A stretch of DNA of 64,000 nucleotides. It comes from Macrostomum lignano (taxonomy: Eukaryota). The notes beneath the pieces were generated by a model that saw nothing but the letters and a program-made list of their open reading frames with translations, was not told the origin of the DNA and ran no database searches. Position 1 is the stretch's first letter. Each line of letters starts with the position of its first letter. The translations under genes were made by a program, and so were the position numbers. Location: the NCBI GenBank assembly GCA_002269645.1, contig NIVC01000350.1:596554-660553 (forward strand). The letters are read 5' to 3'. This document shows, piece by piece, positions 26,181-37,960 of the stretch.

Positions 26181-26518
26181 AAGCAGCAAGCACTCAATTG
26201 CTTGCTTCATGGTTTTTGGTAGGCCTACCCACCACTCCCACACCCAATTTACGGCGGCCAGGTCGGCCAGCAGTTGCGCATGTAGGCCTATGATGAGAAA
26301 CAAATAACACTTCGTTTCGACTCTAGCCTTATAAATAATATATAGACCCATGGCCATATTTCAAGGTTAAGGATTATATACAATACAACTGCAATATTGA
26401 AATACATTCTAATCTACTTCATAGCAAGACTCAATAAGCCAGATATTCTATGTAGGCCTAGTCTATTTGGTAAAAGACCAAATGTATTACCAAGGCAATC
26501 TGACTGTTGAATACTTCA

Positions 26519-26622
26519 ATCTTCAAGTTTCGTTCGTTTAATTATTTCGGGAATTATTTTCGCCCTCTATTCAAGGGTGGTGGGGGGTGGGTGTTGGAAT
26601 TAAACGAACGAAACTTGAAGAT
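26519..26622. repeat. 104-bp mini inverted-repeat element (25-bp perfect arms)
   Basis: ATCTTCAAGTTTCGTTCGTTTAATT ... AATTAAACGAACGAAACTTGAAGAT. Confidence 0.8.
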
Positions 26623-26859
26623 AACCGAATACTTATATATACGTGACTTATAGTAATAAATAAATAAATAGAGATCATCGATGATAATTCATACAAATAA
26701 ATTCATAATTCATACAAATAACTTTTAAAAAATGATCGTCAGTTAGACTTTTTAAAAGTATCTCTTTTAAGTAACAAAACAAAACTTAAAGAAGCTCCAT
26801 TAATTATTAGCATTCTTACTTTGTAATTCTTACTGTGCAAGACGCTAAAAAGACTTTAC

Positions 26860-29800
26860 GGGTGATTCTCATCGAGAGGTTTCGGAGGTTTTGAGGTTTT
26901 CCAGAGGTTTCATTTCGAACAAATATTTTTGCACAAAATTTTTAATACCGTACAAAAATTGAAACCTTACTGAAATTTACTAATGAATACAAATTTTCTT
27001 TAGAAAATAGCTCGGAGGTTTTGGATTCTTTTTAATTTTCCTTCTGATAGGCACGCGCGGAAATTATTTAACTGTTTTTATGCGAAGTGGTCTACAGGAC
27101 TTCCGAAACATTTTATGCCATGCCATTTTCATTGCTTCCTTTTCATTTCATAAGCGCAAAGTTGCGAAAAGTCACAAGTGTGTGTTGTTCTATTTCAATG
27201 CATATTCGTAACTATCCTAATTTCTACTTGACCTGTCCATGTAATTAAAAACAGACACTATTTACCAATACGAATTTCATATTGTTTTTGACTTGGTCTT
27301 AAGAAAGCTATCAATTTTTAATCCAGACTAACTAAATTAAGACTAACAAGACTAAGTCAGTATTTTTTTCATCAAGTCAGTATCAGTCGCTATTTAATAT
27401 AGATTGTTAGTCTAACTAACTAAAGGCCCTAAGTATTTTACTAGGCATCTATAATGTAAAATATAATTATTTTTTTTCACTTATTCGATATTCTTTTTTT
27501 ATTTTACATCCATTATACTAAAACTTTTATTTTCCTATTTTCTAATATTTACTGTTTTTACATCATCATCCTAAATCCTAACACACAATGCAAATAAGAT
27601 AAAAATTTATTACCTAAGCCTCTAATACTAGTGAATAAATCTCTTCACAAAGCTTTAAAAATGGCAATTTTTTTTATTTTACTGCTTTACCTCTACCTAT
27701 AAAATTGAAAGCTCTAATGATCTGAAATTTTTACATTTTAAATTTTAAATATAATTTATTAATAGCTTTATATTCAGTTATAATTTAAGTTGATATAGTT
27801 GAGTACAATTTCTATTATTCTTATACATTGGTAACTTACTTTAGTTTTTGTCTTTTTATGCAAATATTCAAAGTAAATAGTAGCTTGCACTTATGTATGC
27901 CTAGTTATCACATTTTTATTCAATTTTTAATTTACTTTATAAGTAAATTGTTTTAATATTAAACATATATACTCTCTTATCATCCACAGTAGTTATCATG
28001 CCAATGAAATGCATGGTGCCAACCATGTTGGGGAGAAGGCTCTAAATCTTTAGATTTTCTTATGATGTTAAGTATTTACACTACACCCATATACTAAAAT
28101 GTAAGACTAACATTGTATTTCTCAATTGTGCCATCTTTCCAGAACCCATCAAACTATTGGAATTTGTGCAAAGCAATGGCTTACTAAAATACCATTGCAT
28201 AAGATGATATGCTTCTAGAAGTCACGGTTGGCGTGATATGCTTTTGGCGCGGCTCGACTTCAGCATTGTTGCTCATCATTGCATCACTTGAGTCCAATTG
28301 TTGCATTTTTAGGCTTCCAGCATCAACTGGTTCGATAGTCTCAATTGGAGGCCATGAAAAGCAATGTCAGACATGCTGGTGCCAATCTTGGAGAGGAATT
28401 TGCAGCCCACCTGATTGCCCTGTGGGAATTGTGCCAAGGGAACTCACACCAATCATTTTTGTCCAGCAGCAGCAGCCGAATGTTACTCATCCAAATGGAA
28501 CTCACTACAACTGACATAATGCGACTGCCTGATTGCACTTTGCTGGCCATAGTGGAAACCGCGCACTGGAGAAGCATCGCCCATGTTCCTCACCCTACAA
28601 TATTGAGGTTTCAATCACCTTGGTGGTCTTGACAATGTAGGATGCATCTTCATAGACATGCCATTGAACCTGGAATGCTATGCTGAATCTCAAAAGGCTG
28701 GCTAACGTTTTTCAAGGGTTTAGTGCAGTGAGACTCAAGTCTGATAGATAATCCAATGTCAGCCAGCGTACACCAACTTGATACAAGCAAACGAGCTTCA
28801 CGGTAGTTGCCAATTGGTCTTGCCTTATTTTTTAGGCCCTTTATTTTTAAAACATCGAACATTGCAAGAATGCATTTCAAAAACAAAGAAGGAATGTTTT
28901 GTATTTTCTTTATCAGTATGTATATTTATCCATACATTTCTGTTACATTGCCTAAATACACTAAATTATAAATATTCTTTGACAGTCAAATCAAAACAGT
29001 TTAAAAGTTCACATTTCAGATCTTTACATGAGAGGATATAAGTATTTTCTTGTTATTTACTCAGATGAAAGTGAAGTTCTTAACTTTTCTTAACTAAAGT
29101 TAATGCGCATATGAAAGACAATGCCTGCTAAAATGAAGGCTGTAGTGCGTCAGCCAGCAAGCAGTTGAAAAACTTCAGTCACTCATCTCGAAGGCAGTGC
29201 GCAGTAGATTAGCCCCTAGGCTGTCAGTTGATGTCATCTGGTTAGTAGCTACTTACTTACTTACTACTGACAGGGGGCGCAGGCGCTGCGAATAGGCCGC
29301 GAGGCCCCTATCGCAACCCCAAGGTAAAAGAGCACAAGGATAGTAGCTATAGCACAGCCATCTTCTGTATGCTGACAACCAAATCAATTGCCACCACAAA
29401 AGCAACCAGCCTGCCAAAGCTCTAAGGGTGGCGATGGCAAGCCAGGTTGCACTGAGTCGCAACATAAGTGGGTATAGGACATGGAATGCCATAATGCCTG
29501 TTATTAGATTAGACAAACATGAAGCATTGTTGGCCTGTACAGGCTCAGAATGCAGGCAGGAGACCAGGCAAGTGGTAGTTCAGGCATGGTATTGGCAGCT
29601 GAAACAAAGTATGTTGAAATAAAAGGTATTGATTACTTTCATCTAAAACTTTTCATAAACAATCAATTTCAAAAGTCAATAAACATAATGATTTTCCTAT
29701 ACATTTGTTCTTGCAATCTTTAAAGATGCCAATAATACATTTATATTGAAAAAATTATAATATTTTTAAATAAACAATGTCAAAAATGTGTCCAATGACT

Positions 29801-30634
29801 TTTTAGTTTTAACTCTAGTAAAAATATTGGTATTGGCTATCTAGCTTATTGCTCAACATAGATTTTTAGCATCAAACAAAGGTGGTGCAATACATGTACA
29901 AAGTCTTACTGCAAACATTTTGTTTGTATAAGAACTAAATCTAAGGTGTTAGAGCTTTTGTCAGCAGTAACAGTTGTGCAACTAGTGTTATTTATGAGAG
30001 AAAAGCTAATAGCTTTTAATAATTAAAATAAATTTTATGATTAAAAGTAAAATACTTTGCTTTAAGTAAAAAAGTAAAATGCATACTTGTAATTCTAGGC
30101 CCTCATATATTTATAAAAAACATTGAGACAATAATAATTCTTCTATTTACTTCCCTGAGCCAGTATGCATGCAGGTCGTCAATGTCATTACATAATTCGA
30201 ATGCAAAATGGTATGCAGCACTCAAGTAAAAACAGGAAACGGATGAAACAGCTGTCTATATGTTTTCAGTATATTTCAAGCAGCGCCTTCAAGTCGAAAT
30301 TTTTTTTTATTTTTGCACCTTGAATGCTGATGCCAATGGCAACGATGACATTACCAGTGTATTGTGTTGCGTGTAGTGTTTTTAAAAAACCGCCATCTTA
30401 AGCATAAAAATAGTTGCCTAAGTTAAATAATTTCCGCGCGTGCCTATCAGAAGGAAAATTAAAAAGAATCCAAAACCTCCGAGCTATTTTCTAAAGAAAA
30501 TTTGTATTCATTAGTAAATTTCAGTAAGGTTTCAATTTTTGTACAGTATTAAAAATTTTGTGCAAAAATATTTGTTCGAAATGAAACCTCTGAAAAACCT
30601 CAAAACCTCCGAAACCTCTCGATCAGAATCACCC
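26860..30634. mobile_element. Mutator-like (MULE) DNA element, 3775 bp, non-autonomous or degenerate
   Basis: 214-bp near-identical TIRs (26860-27073 and 30421-30634) starting GGGTGATTCT, with an exact 9-bp TSD AGACTTTAC (26851-26859, 30635-30643). Long G-starting TIRs plus a 9-bp TSD are the MULE signature. No intact transposase seen. Confidence 0.9.
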
Positions 30635-30912
30635 AGACTTTACTATCTTTTCATTGTCGATGTCCTTAGAAGTTAATGATACATTTCCTCACGCCAAGTA
30701 ACAAAAAACAGAACTTGTGCACTTTTTGTTCCGGAGTAGCTACCTTTTTGCCATTAATTCGCCAGAACTGCAGATTTATTAATTTTTAAATCTAAAGTTA
30801 GTCATAAATCTAAATCCTCATATTTGGAAATGGGGGGAAATAAAAATGAATGACCCACAGGAAGTATGTACTGTACATGTATAACAATATTCATTTCAAA
30901 AATACTTCTGCA

Positions 30913-31760
30913 TGAAATTTTGGGTCCATGAGAATTGCCCGCAGACAAATTGCCCGCCGAGATTTGCCCGCAGGAGATTTGCCCGTGGAAATTTGCCCGC
31001 CGAGCTTTTCCCGCGGAGATGTGCCCGCAATGCCTTTTTCCTGCAGCGCATTTAGCGACGCGGCAGATTTTGTCTGCATTGCCTTCCCAATGCTTAGTAC
31101 GTGTTAATCTCAATAAAGAGATTTACACGATCAAAACGTTTTGATAGTAACTGCATATCAAAAGTGTAATGGATTGAAGCTAAAGGCTTGTAGTGAATGC
31201 GTAGGAAAGTTAAACGTGGAGAGCCAGTACACACAACTGGGCTCTTATATGACTTGTTTATTCTTATTCATCAACCCTAGGACTAAAGAGGGTGGTTGGC
31301 CTGACTGCCCAGACCCCACCATGCTAGCCACGCGTAAAACGAAACACACTAGCCAATCAGCGCGCACGCAAATACTAACTAACTAAGAATGCACAAAGCA
31401 TAATATTGCAATAATAAAAATACACTAGCGTATCGCCACAATGTCACAAAAAGCATATTTTTTTTTGGGGGGGGGGCAATGCAGACAGAATCTAGCTGCC
31501 AAATGCGCTGCAGGAAAAAAGCACTGCGGGCAAACCTCGGCGGGAAAAAACTCGGCGGGCAACTCGCTCGCGGGCAAATTGCACTGCGGGCAAATTTCGG
31601 CGGGCAATTCTCGGCGGGCAAATCTCCACGGGCAATTCGCTCACGGGCAAAATGCACTGCGGGCAAATCTCCGCGGGAAAAGCTCGGCGGGCAAATCTCC
31701 TGCGGGCAAATCTCGGCGGGCAATTCGTCTGCGGGCATTTCTCGTGCTCCCGAAATTTTA
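30913..31760. mobile_element. Foldback-type non-autonomous element with modular inverted arms built of about 15-bp subrepeats (TGCCCGCNGAGATTT)
   Basis: Left arm 30913-31083 and right arm about 31476-31760 are reverse complements, matching at the termini (TGAAATTTTGGGTCCATGAGAA vs rc TAAAATTTCGGGAGCACGAGAA) and inner ends (GTCTGCATTGCC / GGCAATGCAGAC). The arms differ in subrepeat number. Confidence 0.8.
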
Positions 31761-32742
31761 GCGAATCCGAGACGCAAATTCTAAGCTATACTCTAACGCG
31801 TGTTTGGCACAAATATGGGGGTGGGATTTATATGTATACGTGCATTGCATGGAGGGAGGAAAAAGATGGACCAGTGCGATTGAGCGTATGATAGACTCGG
31901 AAAGCACTAGAAAAAAACATATGACCGGTTCCAAGATAGCGCGATCGATGCACCTCGGTAGTAAGCTTTAGAACTTCCAACAAGGTGTACATGTAGGCTT
32001 AATTAGCATGTGAATGCATATTTAATGTTGGAGGCAATAGTTTTAATCTCAGCAGCAAACTAGCAAACGAGACGAACCGGGCCGGCCCATGCCCCCGATG
32101 CTATTCAAGGACCACTATAGAAGTTACTGCTGTATTAGTGGTCCTTGATACTATTATATACATGTACAAATATTAAAAAATGTGAATACCATACATACGC
32201 TCGTATGTAGTTAAGATGAAGTAAGTGCCTGACTGCAGGTTATAATCACAACTCTCTGCAACATCAACACATCTCTTCACGTGGCACGTGTCGTCGACGA
32301 GCGGACAAGCACTATAGCTTGTGCAAATAACGAGATGGTCACGCAAGTTGCTCAATGGTTAACAAACAAGCTTGTTGCTGTAGAATAGCGGCATCCAGGC
32401 TGCAGCAATTTCGACTCTCGTTGTTGAGTAAACATTTGCACACTAGCTTAAAATTGCGGTAGATTCTATACAGTAGTCCAAGAAGCACGTTTGTAAAAAA
32501 ATCAGCTGCTTTAGATACAGCACTTCTACTCATACGAGTAGAAGAAGACAGTTGAACATTTGCCGCAACTTGACAGGGCATTAGCTTGGACAATATTTGG
32601 CTAGCAAATTCATCATAAACACACAAAAATGTATGCATAATTGCTATGCAACATGCATATAACCTCCAAAGATTGCCCCCATCCACCACCAAGACTTTGA
32701 TCTGCTGTCTATACTAGATTCCTTACACCATACTAGAAGAAA

Positions 32743-34980
32743 ATGAAGCCATCATTTGCGATCCCTCTGGTATTGTGCGCCGCAATAAGCATCGGCACTG
32801 TGCTGGCCGGCAAGTCAAAATAAATTACTTATAATATAAATGTATGCTCATTACTCGTATATGACAATTTATCATTATCATTATGACATCTGTATCACGT
32901 CGTTTTAACAGCCGAGTGCCCATCTGGTTACAAGAAGGTATGCGTAAAAAAATTCATATGCAGTTCTAAGTGCCACATCGTTCGCCGACGCGGGTCCCTG
33001 GCATTCACCATCGACGACACGGGCTCTATGTGGCGCGAGATCAGAGCTGTCAAGACCAACATCAAGCGCATTGTAAAAGCCAACCGTCGATTCAAGGACT
33101 ACGTCATCGGAACATTCAACGACCCATACAGGCGCAAAGTCATCAGGTCCCGGTCTGCCTACACCATACTCAGATTCCTTAAACGCGTGAGGGCCAGACG
33201 GGGTGGCGACTGTCCAGAATTCGCTATGCGCGGCATCCTGGACGCTGCCAGACTCGCCAGACCCCGCTCGGTGCTCTTCGTGGTGACCGACGCCTCGGCA
33301 AAGGATGCACGACTCAAATACGCTGTGGCTCGCTACCTGCGCTCTAAGAAGATTCGTCTGTTTGCTGTAAAGGTTGGCAGAATGTGCGGCAGGCGGTACC
33401 GACGCGAGTTCGAATTCTTGGCCAGACAGACTGGAGGCCGAGTGCTGCGGTTCAGACGCCGAGTGAACTTCCGTTATGTGAGTTTATCAATACCTCTCGA
33501 AACTATTGATTGGCTTTTATTAAGACAAAACAAACAGTAATTAATAAAACCATCGAAATTTCACAATATAATTGAATGTTATACTCATCGTATTTTTAAA
33601 GATCTGGTCATATCTGTCTCTGATTGCAGCTTATGCGGTTCATTACAAAAGCCGTGTATGGTAAAGTGGCGTTCAACTCTATGCCTAGCAGCGGTGCGCG
33701 GCTTCGTCGACTGAGACCACGTAAGAAAGTAAAGTGCTTGTTCAGTCACTAACAAGGACCATAATGCCAGAACCGCCTCCGCAAATATACAAAGGAAAAA
33801 GTGCCTTCCGAGTCTATCATACGCTCAATGGCGTGCGTGCAAGCCATAAAAAGCATACATTTAATACTTAAAAATTGAAAACATGTTCATTTCAGGCTGC
33901 TGCAAGTGGCGCACTATAACAAAGTGTGTAAAGGATAAAACGAAAGGTACGTGGGACAAATAGAAAAAAGTAATTCAGGTGATAAGGAGAAAAACTATAT
34001 ACTACTTCAAACAGGCTGTCCAGCCGACTACTACAAGTTGGAAGAGACAGTTCGCGTGTGCAAGTGCCGCAATGGAACCGACCAGACTAAGCCACCGCCA
34101 CGCGTCGTCGGGTCCCTAGCATTCACCATCGACGACACGGGCTCTATGTGGCGCGAGATCAGAGCTGTCAAGACCAACATCAAGCGCATTGTAAAAGCCA
34201 ACCGTCGATTCAAGGACTACGTCATCGGAACATTCAACGACCCCTACAGGCGCAAAGTCATCAGGTCCCGGTCTGCCTACACCATACTCAGATTCCTTAA
34301 ACGCGTGAGGGCCAGACGGGGTGGCGACTGTCCAGAATTCGCTATGCGCGGCATCCTGGACGCTGCCAGACTCGCCAGACCCCGCTCGGTGCTCTTCGTG
34401 GTGACCGACGCCTCGGCAAAGGATGCACGACTCAAATACGCTGTGGCTCGCTACCTGCGCTCTAAGAAGATTCGTCTGTTTGCTGTAAAGGTTGGCAGAA
34501 TGTGCGGCAGGCGGTACCGACACGAGTTCGAATTCTTGGCCAGACAGACCGGAGGCCGAGTGCTGCGGTTGCGCAACAGGCACCATTTAAAATACGTGAG
34601 TCATTACGTGTCCAAAATTCCTGAAACATAAACCTAGAGTCACACAGTCATAATACCTTATTCCATGCCAAACAAGGTACTGAACTACATCGGTCACGCG
34701 TCCAAAGGCGAAACTACCTTTACGTCAATGCCATCGAATGAGAAACATTTAAGAAAAAAGTGGAAGCCAGGCAAGTATGAAAAGGACAAACATTTCCAAT
34801 CAGTAATGTATGCACCTTGCATACTTTTTAAGAGCAAATTTGGAACGTACAAGTGTTTGAAACCAACTACTTCTTGAACTTTCAGAGTGCATCTGCAAGA
34901 TAAAGACTGTGGTCAAGTGTGTCACCCGTTGTCCTGACGGATATGAGAGTGTTAAAGACACCTGTGTCAAGCCTAGGTAG
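32743..34980 (+). CDS. Secreted protein with two tandem hemicentin/VWA7-type von Willebrand A domains and Cys-rich linkers, about 514 aa; exons 32743-32809, 32912-33477, 33630-33720, 33896-33946, 34015-34595, 34677-34770, 34886-34980
   Basis: Signal peptide MKPSFAIPLVLCAAISIGTVLA. Each domain has SLAFTIDDTGSM (MIDAS), TFNDP, GGDCPEFAMRGI and VVTDASAKD, typical of the hemicentin N-terminal vWA. Exon lengths total 1545 nt, all phases are consistent, and the frame ends at TAG 34978-34980. Introns 1 and 6 use GC donors. Confidence 0.85.
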
Positions 34981-36787
34981 ATTAAGGAGAATGATCGCTT
35001 TAACCTGAGCTGCTGAATAATTAACAGGCTTGTTGACAGTTACGTGGCACAACCAAAAGTTATTTTTTTTGTTGTTTTACTGAAAACAAAGAAGCCCTAT
35101 TATATTGCGACTTTGTTAAATTCGTAACCAAAAGACTTATCTAAGTACTTAAGCACTAGAATCCTATTAAACTACATTTCAATCCTACTAAAAAGTTCCT
35201 ATTAAAAAGTACAAAAAGACAGCCAATCTAACAAGATTTTTTATTATTTTAGCAAAAACAATGTCTAAAGCGAAAAAGACGCTTGGATGTCTTTTATTTT
35301 CAACAGGCAAAGTAACTCAAAGCAAAAAGAGTATCTGGGTTCCGCCGAATACCGAACCATACGATACTGGATTCGCATTGCTTGGGATTTTTTATTAATA
35401 CTTACTGCATTGTTTAATCTCTTAATCAGTTAAGGCTTGTAATTTGAAAGTTAATTCATAGCTGGAGAAAATAAAACACTGGACACGAATATCCGATTAT
35501 GTAAGGAAACAGTTTGCAAGTACATTTCTTTGTGGAACGGAAGTTTCTACATACTATATTATAGAATGATAGCAACCAGGATACAAAACTTAGGACAGGC
35601 TTAATAAAACAGTACGTGTATAAACTTATAGGTTGTACTTTTTATTGAAATTTCGACATCAGATGAACCATAAGACCCAGATTCTTTTCACACTACCGCC
35701 ATTGCACTTAGAAAACTGACTAGTCTGACAATTAATTTTTTTTCAAACCGCTGACAAACTATAATTAATGCAGATTAACAGTGAGCACCATTAGTTGTAC
35801 CTTACCTTAATAATGGCAATTGTGTGCATATTTATGACTGAAAGCTATTTAATTAAGACGAGTACGAATTGATTTTTGGATAAAAATGAAAACGCAATAT
35901 AGCGAAGTTACTGAATTAATGCTGTTGGCATTTTTTTGCTTTAGTGTTGACGAAAATCTGTTGATAGACAGGCAAAAAAGTTTTTCTATTAACAACGCGA
36001 TTTAGTCAACCGATTTCGATACATAGAGAGCAGGGGGTGATAGATATACTCGTACGAGGCGATAAAACAGAGGTTTATCAGACAAAAATGCAAACGCGAC
36101 TTGCCTCTCGGATATACGTAAAGGAAAGCGAATCTATCATTACGCTAGCAGTTAAAACACTAGTATAGTGTGTTGATCTCAATAGACAGGCTTTTTTACT
36201 TTTATCAAGCTGTGCCTTTAATTAGGCCTACTGAGGGGGGCATCAGAAACCCGAAATATGACAAACCGGAAATAGGCCGTTATAATTTTTCGAGTTTTTG
36301 ATGGCGACCTCCTATTGAACACCAATTTAATACCAACTGTAAGTAACTAAGACCAAAGCTTAAAAAAACTGGTAACTGAAATAAAAAATAAAGCTTTTTT
36401 ATGAATAGTTCTACAAATTTATTGAGTTTGTCTGGAAAGGGTAGGTGGGGGATCGAGAACAAACGAGAGCAGCTATAAGGTGTGAAAATGCAACAAAATA
36501 TTTTCAATTCTAATTCGTATTGGGCACAGCAGGAACAAAGCATAGACAGATACAAACAAACGCAGGAGAGACTGCTCTTTGTTATTGCTTCTGACTTTTG
36601 TCAGACGTTTCTTTAAAAAAAACAGATCTTCGACTTTAAAGGTAAACAACGGAGACTGTTAAGAACGAACCAAAATGAACGGACTAATGTATTCTATGTG
36701 TATCTATCGCTTAGTTCTTTCATCTAACTGACTGAAGACTTGTCAATCAATGGTACACCCCATCCAAAGCCAAGCCCCTGTCAAGTG

Positions 36788-37960
36788 TCACAAATCGTCC
36801 GAACTGCTGCTGTCAGACATTGACCCGAAGTCGTCGTTGTCCTCGAGGTCGGACAGCAGCGAGGAGCCGCCGCCGGCTGAAGCAGCTCGACCAGCAGCGG
36901 CAGTTCGGCCGCGCTTCTTAGCCGGCTTACCGTCGGCCAGCAGCAGGCGAAGCACCTGCCGGTCCTCTTCGCCAAGATTCAAATCGGCGAAGACGTCATC
37001 GGACTGTTGCTGACGCCGGCGTCTCTTGGCGGCGGCGGAGGCCCGGCCGGCGACACTGCCGCCAGTTGACGCCGATGCCGACGATGACGAAGCTGCGCCG
37101 ACGCCGGCATTAGCAGCAACCAGCCGACGACGCTTAGCAGCCGACGGTCGACCGATTGTCGCTCCGCCGCTGCCGCCGACGCTGACGCCGACTCCGCTAG
37201 CAGGCGGACGTGCTGGAGGCGCCGCCCGGCCGCGAACCGAAGCAACGCAGTCGCGACGCTCAATGTCGCTCTTATTAGTGCTTTTGTGCCGCCAGCAGAT
37301 TGGATAGAGTCGCACAACAGCCTCATCAATGCTGCGCGTACAAGGCCCAGTGAACACAACGCTGCCAGTGGCGAATACCTTAGCTAATACGCGAATATCT
37401 TTAAAGCGCAAGTTCAGCGCCGGGTGTAGCTCGGGCTCGTAGTCGGCCATCTGCGGCAGCTCGTCAGCGATGCCAGGCAGCCTGACTAGAAACGGCAGCT
37501 CGCAGGTGGCGTGCACGTTAGTAATGCGGAAATTCGAGAACCGACAGGGGAAACCAATCTTTTGGATTCGCCGGGCTATTCGGCGAGCTCCGCGACGCGA
37601 GTCCAGCTCGCTGGCGCTGCCGGCTACAAATATTTTGCCGCTAGAACGAATGCTAGCTACGCAGTAGGGCTTGCGCAGTCGCATAGTTACCATGTAGGTC
37701 TCCGGCTTGTACTCAACGTCCAGGCCGTCTAGGGCAATCTTTTTCAGGTTCAGATGGCACTGGGTGGAGAAACAACTAACAACATTGTGCAGGGTGACGG
37801 TGATATCGCGATAGCCGGTGCTACTTTCTCCGCTACCGCTGCCACTGGGTCCTGCGCCAGACGAAGCAGCTTCTTGTTGCTGCTCCTGATCCTGCTGCTG
37901 TCGGTAAGGACGCGGTCCTGCACTCCTGTCGCACAGGGCAGACGACATGCGGAGAAGCAT
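36788..37960 (-). CDS. TBPL1: TBP-related factor 2 (TRF2/TLF/TBPL1-like), single-exon ORF, 390 aa
   Basis: Core domain NVVSCFSTQCHLNLKKIALDG...RLRKP...SSGKI...GARRIARRIQKIGF...YEPELHPA matches the TBPL1/TRF2 signatures (CHLNL.KIAL, YEPELHPA) rather than TBP (YEPELFPG). Basic and acidic C-terminal extension. Alternative ATG at 37948. Confidence 0.9.
   Translation of the reverse strand: MLLRMSSALCDRSAGPRPYRQQQDQEQQQEAASSGAGPSGSGSGESSTGYRDITVTLHNVVSCFSTQCHLNLKKIALDGLDVEYKPETYMVTMRLRKPYCVASIRSSGKIFVAGSASELDSRRGARRIARRIQKIGFPCRFSNFRITNVHATCELPFLVRLPGIADELPQMADYEPELHPALNLRFKDIRVLAKVFATGSVVFTGPCTRSIDEAVVRLYPICWRHKSTNKSDIERRDCVASVRGRAAPPARPPASGVGVSVGGSGGATIGRPSAAKRRRLVAANAGVGAASSSSASASTGGSVAGRASAAAKRRRRQQQSDDVFADLNLGEEDRQVLRLLLADGKPAKKRGRTAAAGRAASAGGGSSLLSDLEDNDDFGSMSDSSSSDDL

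Noticed and set aside
28380-28620. THAP-like zinc finger in the MULE interior (HYVSCSEFHLDE...QK*LV*VP on the minus strand)
   Set aside because: The resemblance is weak, needs several stops repaired, and lacks the correct C2CH spacing.
32938-32970. Possible 33-nt intron (GTATGC...CTAAG) in the vWA gene
   Set aside because: It reads through in frame without stops as a Cys-rich segment (VCVKKFICSSK) that parallels the second repeat, so it was kept as exon. Optional splicing cannot be excluded.
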